A DNA stretch of 58,373 nucleotides from Candidatus Woesearchaeota archaeon (GTDB lineage Archaea > Nanobdellota > Nanobdellia > Woesearchaeales > GW2011-AR4). The notes below the pieces were generated by a model that did no database searches, was not told where the DNA came from, and saw only the letters and a list, made by a program, of their open reading frames with translations. This document shows, piece after piece, positions 44,992-53,165 of the stretch. The stretch spans positions 1 to 58,373 of the forward strand of contig JAGVXS010000001.1 of assembly GCA_018303685.1 (NCBI GenBank), in the 5' to 3' direction. Position 1 is the stretch's first letter. The number at the start of each line of letters is the position of its first letter. The position numbers were made by a program, and so were the translations under genes.

Positions 44992-45100
44992 AACCATCCT
45001 CTTGTTTTTCTGCTTTAAATACTTTAGGCACAAATGTCCAGTGGTACAGCGGGATAAGCATGCACATTATTTTTGCCAAAATAAACAAAAAATAAAAAAT

Positions 45101-45655
45101 CTAAGCCTTTACTTTCTTCAAATTCTCAATCAGCTTGTCAAGCGCAGCATGGACTTCCTTCTCGCTTTTTGTGCCCGTGCAGACCACTTTGCCGTTGCTG
45201 AAAAGCAAAAAAGTCGCCTTGGCTGCCGCCAGCTTGTAAACCAGGCCGGGAAACTGCTCAGGCTCGTATTCTGTGTTCTCAAGCTTCATAGCCAGTGTGT
45301 TCAAGTTTAGGTCCATGCCGACTGAGCCCGAAGCAACAATATTCTGTATCTTTATCTCGGGCTTTACAGTTATCTTTACGTTTATCTTCTCAAGGCTCTT
45401 GATGATTTTCTTTATAGACTCCTCTACCTTGTCCATTGAGCGTGCGCCTGTGCACACAACCTTGCCTGAGCTAAATATCAAAGCAGATGTTTTAGGCTCC
45501 TTTATCCTTATCACAAGCCCAGGAAACTGCTCAGGGTTGTATTCTGTATTGCTAAGGGTTGCTGCCATCTTTTCAAGCGGAATATCATGCTTTAAGGATG
45601 TACTGACAACAATATTAACTACTTTTATATCTCTCTTGGTTTCTTTCTTAGCCAT
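45101..45655 (-). CDS. tbp: TATA-box binding protein
   Basis: Two imperfect TBP repeats (NIVVSTSL..EQFPGLVIRIKEPK.SALIFSSGKVVCTGA and NIVASGSV..EQFPGLVYKL...KATFLLFSNGKVVCTG). Confidence 0.93.
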   Translation of the reverse strand: MAKKETKRDIKVVNIVVSTSLKHDIPLEKMAATLSNTEYNPEQFPGLVIRIKEPKTSALIFSSGKVVCTGARSMDKVEESIKKIIKSLEKINVKITVKPEIKIQNIVASGSVGMDLNLNTLAMKLENTEYEPEQFPGLVYKLAAAKATFLLFSNGKVVCTGTKSEKEVHAALDKLIENLKKVKA

Positions 45656-45753
45656 TTTAGATTCCTCCGCGTAATTAGCGTTATTTCAGCTGAGTAAGCC
45701 CTAAAACACCCCCGACAACAATTTAGGACCTTTTTTAAGCTGCCTTTATATGT

Positions 45754-45791
45754 TTTATTTATAAACTTTATAAAGCCCGTTTATTTATAAA
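45754..45791. repeat. Cluster of three perfect palindromic TATA-like boxes (tttataaa), including a 12-bp direct repeat tttatttataaa x2
   Basis: Read directly: tttataaa at 45758-45765, 45767-45774 and 45784-45791. The 12-mers lie at 45754-45765 and 45780-45791. Confidence 0.85.
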
Positions 45792-45843
45792 TACTTTTGT
45801 TTTTAAATGACATTATCAAGACATATAATTCAGAGAAAATATA

Positions 45844-45864
45844 CCCCCACCATTTCCTGTGGAA
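45844..45864 (-). other. Third ORB-like box (TTCCACAGGAAATGGTGGGGG on the minus strand)
   Basis: The 11-mer ttcctgtggaa is identical to 32601-32611, and a C5 string precedes it in both places. By my alignment it is 16/20 identical to box 2 at 32717-32736. Confidence 0.5.
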
Positions 45865-45905
45865 ATCAGAAATTATTATAAGCCAGGCGCTAATCTTCAG
45901 CTAAA

Positions 45906-46523
45906 ATGATGGACATAGTTTTGCCGAAAAACAATGAAATGGAATTTATTGAGATAGCCTCAAGGCTTGGCATCAGAAAGCTGTATTTTCTTTACAATTT
46001 TGGCGAGTATAGCCAAGAAACTGGAAAAAATTTGGAATCAATGGAAAAACAAAACAAAGTGCACATTGAAGTGGGATTGATAGTAAACCAAAAAAACATG
46101 GGCAAAGCGCTGCAGCACTCAAAGATTCTTGCGGCAAAAAGCTCGGACAGCGACAGAATGCTGATTGAGAGCAAAAAAATAAATATTATCTACGGGCTTG
46201 AGGAATCGCACAAAAAAGACAGAATGCACCAGAGGGCTTCGGGGCTGAACCATATAATATGCGAGCTTGCAAACAAAAACAACGTTGCTGTTGGATTTTC
46301 ATACGGCTCATTGTTTAATAGAAATCCAATAATTTCATCACAAATAATCGGAAGGATGATGCAGAACATCACATTGTGCCGGAAATACAAAGTAAAAACA
46401 ATCACGGCGTCTTTCTCGCAGAACCCCTATGGACTCAGGGCGCGCCATGACATTTCAAGGCTGTTTGCTATGCTTGGGATGGACAACAAAAATATCAGAG
46501 AGTCATCAAGTCAAGGACTTTAG
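45906..46523 (+). CDS. rnp3: RNase P protein component 3 (Rpp30-like)
   Basis: The C-terminal two thirds align by eye with Pyrococcus Rpp30 (GLNHIICELANKNNVAVGFSYGSLF; RMMQNITLCRKYKVKTITASFSQNPYGLRARHDISRLFAMLGMD). Confidence 0.75.
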   Translation: MMDIVLPKNNEMEFIEIASRLGIRKLYFLYNFGEYSQETGKNLESMEKQNKVHIEVGLIVNQKNMGKALQHSKILAAKSSDSDRMLIESKKINIIYGLEESHKKDRMHQRASGLNHIICELANKNNVAVGFSYGSLFNRNPIISSQIIGRMMQNITLCRKYKVKTITASFSQNPYGLRARHDISRLFAMLGMDNKNIRESSSQGL

Positions 46524-46530
46524 ACAGAGC

Positions 46531-48174
46531 TTATGCCCCAATATCATACTCCCTAAAAAAATCCTGCCTGTAATAATGCAGGTAAGTCGGCATGTAAACG
46601 GTATTTGGCTTTGTGCCAGCAAGCTCTTTCTGCACGTCCTTCTCCTCAAGCCTGTAATCAAAGGAATTTTTCCACGTGCTTTTGTAAGTAAAATATTGCA
46701 GGGAATCTTCAGCATTCAAATCAGAAATCCCAAACTTATCTCTGCCAACAAGCACCACAGCCTCGCCGCTCCTCAGGTTTACCTCATTGCTTGGAACCAT
46801 GTCATATTTCAGGACAGGAAATGAAATAAAATGAAGATTGGCAGCTTCGGCAGTTTTAAGTATATTATAAAATATACCGGAGTCAAAGACATCAGCTTGG
46901 AATACTATAACCCCTCCCGGACTCAGGATTCTTTCAAGATCCTTCATGAACTGCAGGCTGTACGACCTTGAAAGGGAAACATCATTGCCTTCAGGAAAAT
47001 CAACAATGATTATGTCAAATTTTTCTTTGGCACGCCTTACATAAATAAAGGCGTCCTGAATGACAATTTCAACCCTTTTATTATTGAAGGAATTATCGTT
47101 AAACTCGCTTAGGTAGCGGTTTGTTTGCGAAAATCTCACAATTTCAGGGTCTATGTCAACATCGACTATTCTCCTGACATTTTTATGCCTTAACACTTCC
47201 TTTGCAGGCAAGCCATCACCTCCGCCCAGAATAAGGACGCTGTCACTTTTTTCTGCAAACATGAAGGCAGGATGCACAAGCATTTCATGGTACTCGTAGC
47301 TCTCCCTTTCAGAATCAAACTGGAAGAAGCCGTTCAAAAACAGGGCAATGAAGGTATTGTTGTAAATATCCCTTTTCGTCATTACTATTTTCTGGTAAGG
47401 GGAGTGGAAGCTTGTTTCTATTTCAGTGTATCCCTTGTAAGTATACATCATCCTGTCAAGATTGTTCTCTATCTTCTGGCTGCTGATAAAGAAAGCGCCC
47501 AGCAGCACAATTAATATCCCAGCAGCGATGAAATAGCTTTTCCTGTAATTTGTCTTATAATATGGAAGAATCAGAAAAACCGTGGCAACATTCAATATTC
47601 CTGCCAGGAATGAAGCCTTTATAACTCCAAGATTTGGCAGGAGCAGGATAGGGAATGCGATTGAGCCGATAAATGAGCCCAGATAATCAGCTGCCAGAAC
47701 ATTTGCCAGAGAGTACCTCATCTCGCTTGATTTGCTTACAAACCTCGTCAATAATGGTATCTCGAGCCCCACAAGAATGCCTATGGCTGCAATTATTATG
47801 AAGCTTATAATGTGCAGAGGTATGGTGGAGCCAAGAAAGCTGCCGTAGGCTGTCCTTGAAATAACAATGGAAAAGCTTGCAACATAATAAATAATTGTCG
47901 TTGAAAACCCCCCAAGCGCGCCAAGCAAAAATTCAATGAGTACAAGCTTCCCCAAAAGCTCGGAAGACTGGTTTGCTATTTTATAGGAAAAATATGAGCC
48001 TATCCCCATAGAACTTAAAAATAGGCCTATGGTAACAGAGAAATACAGAACGCTGTCCCCAAGCAAATATGAAAGCACGTCTGCTATCAGCAGTTCATAA
48101 ATTATCGCGCAAAATGCAACTACTCCCATAAACACTATGAAGGCTAAGAAATTAAATGATTTCGGGCTTGCCAT
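46531..48174 (-). CDS. Membrane-fused spermidine-synthase-like aminopropyltransferase (paralog 1)
   Basis: An approximately 230-aa multi-TM N-terminus plus a SpeE-like domain (YQKIVMT, YHEMLVHP, LILGGGDG, VDVDIDPEIV). TATA 48198-48204 supports ATG 48174; the track start at 48195 is TTG. Confidence 0.75.
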   Translation of the reverse strand: MASPKSFNFLAFIVFMGVVAFCAIIYELLIADVLSYLLGDSVLYFSVTIGLFLSSMGIGSYFSYKIANQSSELLGKLVLIEFLLGALGGFSTTIIYYVASFSIVISRTAYGSFLGSTIPLHIISFIIIAAIGILVGLEIPLLTRFVSKSSEMRYSLANVLAADYLGSFIGSIAFPILLLPNLGVIKASFLAGILNVATVFLILPYYKTNYRKSYFIAAGILIVLLGAFFISSQKIENNLDRMMYTYKGYTEIETSFHSPYQKIVMTKRDIYNNTFIALFLNGFFQFDSERESYEYHEMLVHPAFMFAEKSDSVLILGGGDGLPAKEVLRHKNVRRIVDVDIDPEIVRFSQTNRYLSEFNDNSFNNKRVEIVIQDAFIYVRRAKEKFDIIIVDFPEGNDVSLSRSYSLQFMKDLERILSPGGVIVFQADVFDSGIFYNILKTAEAANLHFISFPVLKYDMVPSNEVNLRSGEAVVLVGRDKFGISDLNAEDSLQYFTYKSTWKNSFDYRLEEKDVQKELAGTKPNTVYMPTYLHYYRQDFFREYDIGA

Positions 48175-48267
48175 GTTTTTGCAATAAATATACAATATTT
48201 ATAACTTTTCTTTTTCAGCTGCGGCATTATCGAAAAATATAAATAGTATTGCTTCAAGATACCAGCT

Positions 48268-48450
48268 ATGGGCAACAAAATCCTTGGATGGCTGCAGATT
48301 ATCAGCGGAGTAGCACTCTTGGCCCTTCAAGTATACCTGATTTTTGCAGGTGACTATGAAAGCACGACTGATTTGTTAGAGCTGATGATTACAGGATTGA
48401 TAGGTATTGTATTTGTTACTATGGGGGCTTCAGGCATTAAAGAAGCCTGA
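48268..48450 (+). CDS. Small two-TM membrane protein (60 aa)
   Basis: Two hydrophobic helices. TATA-like atataaata at 48237-48245 lies exactly about 27 nt upstream of the ATG. Wedged between the two speE-like genes on the opposite strand. Confidence 0.45.
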   Translation: MGNKILGWLQIISGVALLALQVYLIFAGDYESTTDLLELMITGLIGIVFVTMGASGIKEA

Positions 48451-50040
48451 TTACCTGTCAGCAACGCCTTTAAAATAGTAGTTATTCTGGAAGTATATAT
48501 GGACTATCGGATTCTCGTCAGTTGAGATTTGTATCGTGTTGTTGCTGAAATAATTATCCAAAAACTTTGGAAACTTAAACAAAAAATCATTGTCAGATGG
48601 AGAATACCATAAGCCCTCGACATTCTTGTTCCTCACAATTCTCGGGTCAAGGCTCTTGCCCGAAATCGCATATCCGATAGAGCCAGATACCGAGCCCGGG
48701 AAAACATAGGGATATGTCTCAGGCATGGAAGACTTCATAGTTTTGTATATTGAGGTATAACCTTCTAAAAAAATATATGGCGAGTGGGATTGTGTTGCAA
48801 CAAATCCATCCCTGCGCAAAACCCTTTTTATTTCATCATAAAACTCCTTTGTGTAAAGCGGAACAATCTCAAGCTTTTTGGGATCCGGCAAATCCAGAAT
48901 TATCACATCATAAGCTTCATCAGGAGATTGCCTGATATATTTCTTTCCGTCCATAATGATTCTGTTGACTCTTTTGTCATCCAAAGCCCCCCTATGAACA
49001 TTTTGCAGGTATTTTTTTGAAACATCAACAACTTCCTTGTCCAAGTCAACATGGTCAATCCTGGTAAAATTAAACTTAAGCAACTGGTACAATGCACCAC
49101 CATCCCCGCCGCCAATAACCAAAACCCTTTTGGGATTTGGATGCGCCGCCAGCGCTGGCATAACCAAATACTCATGATAAATGATAGATGCCTTGTCAGA
49201 CACTTGGTTCTTTCCGTCCAGGAGCAATTGGTACCCATAATAAGGCGACTTTAATATAAGGATATGCTGGAACGGGCTTATCACAGAGTCCACAACCTCG
49301 GTATAATAAGTCTCTGCAAACAACGAGCCTGCAGAATAAAAAGAATCCAGAAACCCGAGCTTTACACTGTCAAGCAATGGCTTTGATGCGAACAAAAAGC
49401 CAATTCCAACAACAAGGGCAACAAGCATTAATGTTAAAAACAACAAATTTCTTTTTTTTCCTATTCGTGTAGCCAATCCAAATGTAATAATATTCAAAAA
49501 GCCCCCAAAATACATTGCGCCATGAAACCCAAGCCATGGAATAAACAATAGCCCGGAAAACAATGCCCCAATTACACCCCCAAGAGTGTCTGCAAAATAA
49601 ACAAAGCCTGTTGCGCTTTTGCTTCCAAGCTGCTCAAGGATTTTGACAGCAATGGGTATTTCCATGCCCATAAGGGTTGTAGGCAAGAGCAAAGCGCCGA
49701 TTATTATCCAAAAAATATAATTGACAGATATTCCGGAAGATGCAAACTTTGCTATCAGCCCGAGAAAAGAGAACCCAAACACAGCAATAAAAATCTCAAT
49801 AAGCATCATAATCCTTACAAGCGGAAACTCCTTTTTCACAATATGCCCGCCAAGCAAAGCTCCTATTGCCAGCCCAAGCAAAAATGATGCTAAAACGATC
49901 GCAGCGGAAATCTCTGTAGATCCTACAATTGTCACAACAACAGAAAGCAGAACAACCTCGTAAAGCAGGCTGGCGAGCCCTGTTGAAAACATTATCAGAA
50001 AAATTATAATCCTGCTTCCTGCGAAATCAAGCCTACTCAT
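48451..50040 (-). CDS. Membrane-fused spermidine-synthase-like aminopropyltransferase (paralog 2)
   Basis: Multi-TM N-terminus plus a SpeE-like domain (FQHILILKS, YHEYLVMPAL, VIGGGDGGA, VDLDKEVV, ILDLPDP). ATGA overlap with the speD stop. Confidence 0.78.
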   Translation of the reverse strand: MSRLDFAGSRIIIFLIMFSTGLASLLYEVVLLSVVVTIVGSTEISAAIVLASFLLGLAIGALLGGHIVKKEFPLVRIMMLIEIFIAVFGFSFLGLIAKFASSGISVNYIFWIIIGALLLPTTLMGMEIPIAVKILEQLGSKSATGFVYFADTLGGVIGALFSGLLFIPWLGFHGAMYFGGFLNIITFGLATRIGKKRNLLFLTLMLVALVVGIGFLFASKPLLDSVKLGFLDSFYSAGSLFAETYYTEVVDSVISPFQHILILKSPYYGYQLLLDGKNQVSDKASIIYHEYLVMPALAAHPNPKRVLVIGGGDGGALYQLLKFNFTRIDHVDLDKEVVDVSKKYLQNVHRGALDDKRVNRIIMDGKKYIRQSPDEAYDVIILDLPDPKKLEIVPLYTKEFYDEIKRVLRRDGFVATQSHSPYIFLEGYTSIYKTMKSSMPETYPYVFPGSVSGSIGYAISGKSLDPRIVRNKNVEGLWYSPSDNDFLFKFPKFLDNYFSNNTIQISTDENPIVHIYFQNNYYFKGVADR

Positions 50041-50375
50041 CTGTACTCAACCTTTTTTACATCTTTTGCAGAGCCTTTGAACTCTCTTTCCAGCAGATTT
50101 ATGCATTTTTTTTCGTCAAGGTCCTCATTGCACGTGAAAATGTCAAAGAAAACCCTGCTTTCCTCAGGCCATGTATGCACAACAAAATGGGACTGGGAAA
50201 GAATGAAGCAATATGTAACTCCGTTTGTGCTTCCAAAAACATGGTATTTGGAGCCGACAATATTAAGCCCGATTGAGTTGCATATGCTCAAGACAGCGCT
50301 CTTGATGGAACTGGGAGACTCGAGCAATCTGCCCTCTTTTGTTTCAATATAACCAATCAAATACACCCCTTTCAT
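50037..50375 (-). CDS. speD: S-adenosylmethionine decarboxylase proenzyme-like (small prokaryotic SpeD/SpeH class)
   Basis: LSQSHFVVHTWPEE...DIFTC matches the pyruvoyl-enzyme core (usually ..ESH...HTWPE...D..TC), but with Gln instead of Glu before the processing Ser. Confidence 0.75.
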   Translation of the reverse strand: MKGVYLIGYIETKEGRLLESPSSIKSAVLSICNSIGLNIVGSKYHVFGSTNGVTYCFILSQSHFVVHTWPEESRVFFDIFTCNEDLDEKKCINLLEREFKGSAKDVKKVEYR

Positions 50376-50525
50376 AAAGTCAGCAATTCTGCAAGGATTT
50401 AATAAACTTTGTTTGTTTGCTAAAATACGTGCTGTAAAGCCCTAGTCGGAATGCACACAAAATTTGGAAACTTTTAAATACTAATGTTTAATAAATAACA
50501 AAGCAGGTTAAAAAAGAGGCAGTTT

Positions 50526-53165
50526 ATGGCTAATCAGTTTAAAATTATTACCATTGCATTGCTGTTGTCGTTAATATTCTCGCTGTCGCTGGATATTGTT
50601 TATGCAGGCTCTCCCCCACCCCCACCCCCACCATGCGACATAAAAAGTCCAGGATGCTACAGAATAGGGGATATAAAATCCAATTTTGGAGAGCTTTCTC
50701 TAAATGAATTCAGTTATTTCATCTCAGAAAACAAGTGCAAGAGAACAGGCGGGTGCGACTGCAGAGGGGTTCCTGACAATATTCCTGAAGAAACTGACCC
50801 AGATCAGTCAAGCGGCGCATGCACTTGCATTGCCTCAACAGACTGGAATGCAAAGGCAAGATGCTGCGGCGATGATGAAGAAGACTGCGGCAAGATAAGC
50901 TCCGGGGTTATCTGCAATATAGATGCAAATGCTCAATCTGCACAATGGATTATCTCAGGCCAAAACCCGGGTGAAATAAGGTATGTAGGGTGCAGCAGGT
51001 CAGAGCACATATCAGACGGAACTACGTGGATAAAGTGTGACGGTACTTTCTGGAGAAAGACAATCAGCAACAGCGAATTTATATGCATAGGCAGAGGCCG
51101 CGAGTCTCTTATTGAATGCTGCGGAGACGGCTCATGCAAGTCAAGAGTCGATGGCAAAAGGCTTTCAACAGGGCAGTCCGTAAACCCTGCAAGCTTTTCA
51201 AATGAGCAGCTGCCTCCACCAGAAGCTAAAAGCTCGCTCAAGATAGCGCCTGCAAACCCAACTATAGTGGTGGGGCAGATTATTGAGCTTCAAGCTTTGT
51301 ACGGCTCATCCCACAACTCATCTCCTGTAGAGGCAGAATGGACATCAGACAACTCAAATATTGCAGTTATAAGCGACAAGGTAATAAGCTGCACTGACCC
51401 AAGTGAAAAAAACTGCTTTGACTTCCAGACAGCAGTTGTCAGGGGAATTTCAGCAGGCACAGCGGTCATCGAGGCGCAGTATGATTTGAACACTGGCAAG
51501 GCAGCCAGGGATTTCACAAAAGTTATTGTAGTGATTCCATCAAGCCCGGCTACAGGGCAGGTTGTCGGAATCACAGGAAATGCAGTCTCTTCCAATGACA
51601 ACAAAACCTATTACTGCGGCCCTGACAGGAAGTTCACAACAGACTTGGATGTTCCCAATCCAAAAATCAGCGACACTGCACTAATAGGCAGAAACAGGGC
51701 AACATGCGAGAAAGCTGGCTTAGTATGGACAGGCACAAAATGCTGCAGCGAAGACGATGACCCAGAAGAACATTACAATGACATAAGCAAAAAAGGAGGC
51801 TGTTGGGACGAGGAATCAGTAATCAGCATAAACTTTGTTGAAGATACGAATGAATCTGTAATAAACTATGATGGGCAGTTTCATGGTTGTGCCATTGGAG
51901 ATTCCGATCAAGCGGGGTTGCTGGGACTTCTTTGGATTCTGGACAAGCACACAGGCGGGCCATTGATAAAGGATGAAAACTACTGCACCACCGATACCGC
52001 AAAGACATATTATTGCTCTTTCTCAGGGCAATGGAAGCCGACTGATGGAGCTGACAGAAGCCACCTAAGCTTTGCCCCTGTTGAAGACTTGGAACAAGAG
52101 GCAGAGTGTTGCGCCCAAAAGGAGTGCTGGGACGGCGAAAAATGCACTGCCAATCAAAAAGACAACCCCTTAGCGCAGCCGATAAACGGCTCAAGGTGCA
52201 TTGACGGGGAATGGGCACAGTCAGATTTAAAATCCACACCCGATGGGGAAACATCAGGCTATTGCCCAAAGATGACGCAATGCCTTTCAAAATCCCAGGG
52301 GCAAACCAGCTGCATAGAATCAAGCGAATACACAGACGACAATTATTGCGAGAGCGGCCAGTGGTCAACAAGGACAAAACTGCTTGCTTTGAAGCTGCTG
52401 GAGATGAAAAGCGGGGACTATACGCTGCTGTGCGATTCAAGGGAAAATGCATTAAACAACCTTCAGTATCTGACAAGCTCAAACGAAGCCATAGCCAACG
52501 TGCTTAACAGCCTGCAGACAAACAATTTCTGCGTCTTGAAAGCAGGCAATAAAATCATAACAGCAGCGTCACTAAACAAAAACATAGAGGAGGCGCCGAG
52601 CAGCAGCCTTAACATATTCGGGGTTACAAGCTGCAACAACGCGCTTATAGACGACGGGCAGTACCATTCATGCGACGGGACAAACAAGGTTTGGTACAAC
52701 AAAAGGCTGAAAAGCCTTGTATACAGCTCGACTGCAATAACAGTGCCGCTTGGGCAGGCGCCATTTGAGGAAGCACTATTCGGCCCCATAAAAAGCATCA
52801 TAGAATCCATACAAGACTTAATAGGTGTAGGGCCATCTGGAGACAAGTCCTATGTGAACGCTTTCAAGCGGTTTGACAAGCTGCATATGTCTCAGCAGGG
52901 AACCAAGTCTATAAAAGGCTCGATAGAAGGCAAGCTTAAATTCCCATTCTTTAAGAACTCGGTTATAGAGTACAAAAACATTGATGCAGATATCTGCAAA
53001 TTTGTAGAGCAGTACACCCAGGCAAAGCCAAAGGACGACTCATCCGGAATATCATGCACAAAAGACGGCTCAAATTATTACATTCTTGCACAGGGCAGCC
53101 AGGCGACAAGCATTAACCCGGAAGCAATATGGCTGGATTTGACGTCAAAGCTCAGATTAAAATGA
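50526..53165 (+). CDS. Large secreted cysteine-rich protein with Pro7 linker and a Big_2-like Ig domain
   Basis: N-terminal hydrophobic signal (IITIALLLSLIFSLSL), then GSPPPPPPPC. I count about 42 Cys in 879 aa, with recurring CC-x-(D/E) clusters. A Big_2-like segment (ANPTIVVGQIIELQA...WTSDNSNIAVI...GISAGTAVIEA) is present. SD-like GAGG lies 7 nt upstream. Confidence 0.75.
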   Translation: MANQFKIITIALLLSLIFSLSLDIVYAGSPPPPPPPCDIKSPGCYRIGDIKSNFGELSLNEFSYFISENKCKRTGGCDCRGVPDNIPEETDPDQSSGACTCIASTDWNAKARCCGDDEEDCGKISSGVICNIDANAQSAQWIISGQNPGEIRYVGCSRSEHISDGTTWIKCDGTFWRKTISNSEFICIGRGRESLIECCGDGSCKSRVDGKRLSTGQSVNPASFSNEQLPPPEAKSSLKIAPANPTIVVGQIIELQALYGSSHNSSPVEAEWTSDNSNIAVISDKVISCTDPSEKNCFDFQTAVVRGISAGTAVIEAQYDLNTGKAARDFTKVIVVIPSSPATGQVVGITGNAVSSNDNKTYYCGPDRKFTTDLDVPNPKISDTALIGRNRATCEKAGLVWTGTKCCSEDDDPEEHYNDISKKGGCWDEESVISINFVEDTNESVINYDGQFHGCAIGDSDQAGLLGLLWILDKHTGGPLIKDENYCTTDTAKTYYCSFSGQWKPTDGADRSHLSFAPVEDLEQEAECCAQKECWDGEKCTANQKDNPLAQPINGSRCIDGEWAQSDLKSTPDGETSGYCPKMTQCLSKSQGQTSCIESSEYTDDNYCESGQWSTRTKLLALKLLEMKSGDYTLLCDSRENALNNLQYLTSSNEAIANVLNSLQTNNFCVLKAGNKIITAASLNKNIEEAPSSSLNIFGVTSCNNALIDDGQYHSCDGTNKVWYNKRLKSLVYSSTAITVPLGQAPFEEALFGPIKSIIESIQDLIGVGPSGDKSYVNAFKRFDKLHMSQQGTKSIKGSIEGKLKFPFFKNSVIEYKNIDADICKFVEQYTQAKPKDDSSGISCTKDGSNYYILAQGSQATSINPEAIWLDLTSKLRLK

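Noticed and set aside
45037-45055. tccagtggtacagcggg upstream of the mcm TATA box, resembling the classical ORB core TCCAGTGG plus a short G run
   Set aside because: It is only a partial match to the three better boxes: there is no GAAA half-site and only a G3 run. It is kept as a weak candidate for a motif scan and is not called.
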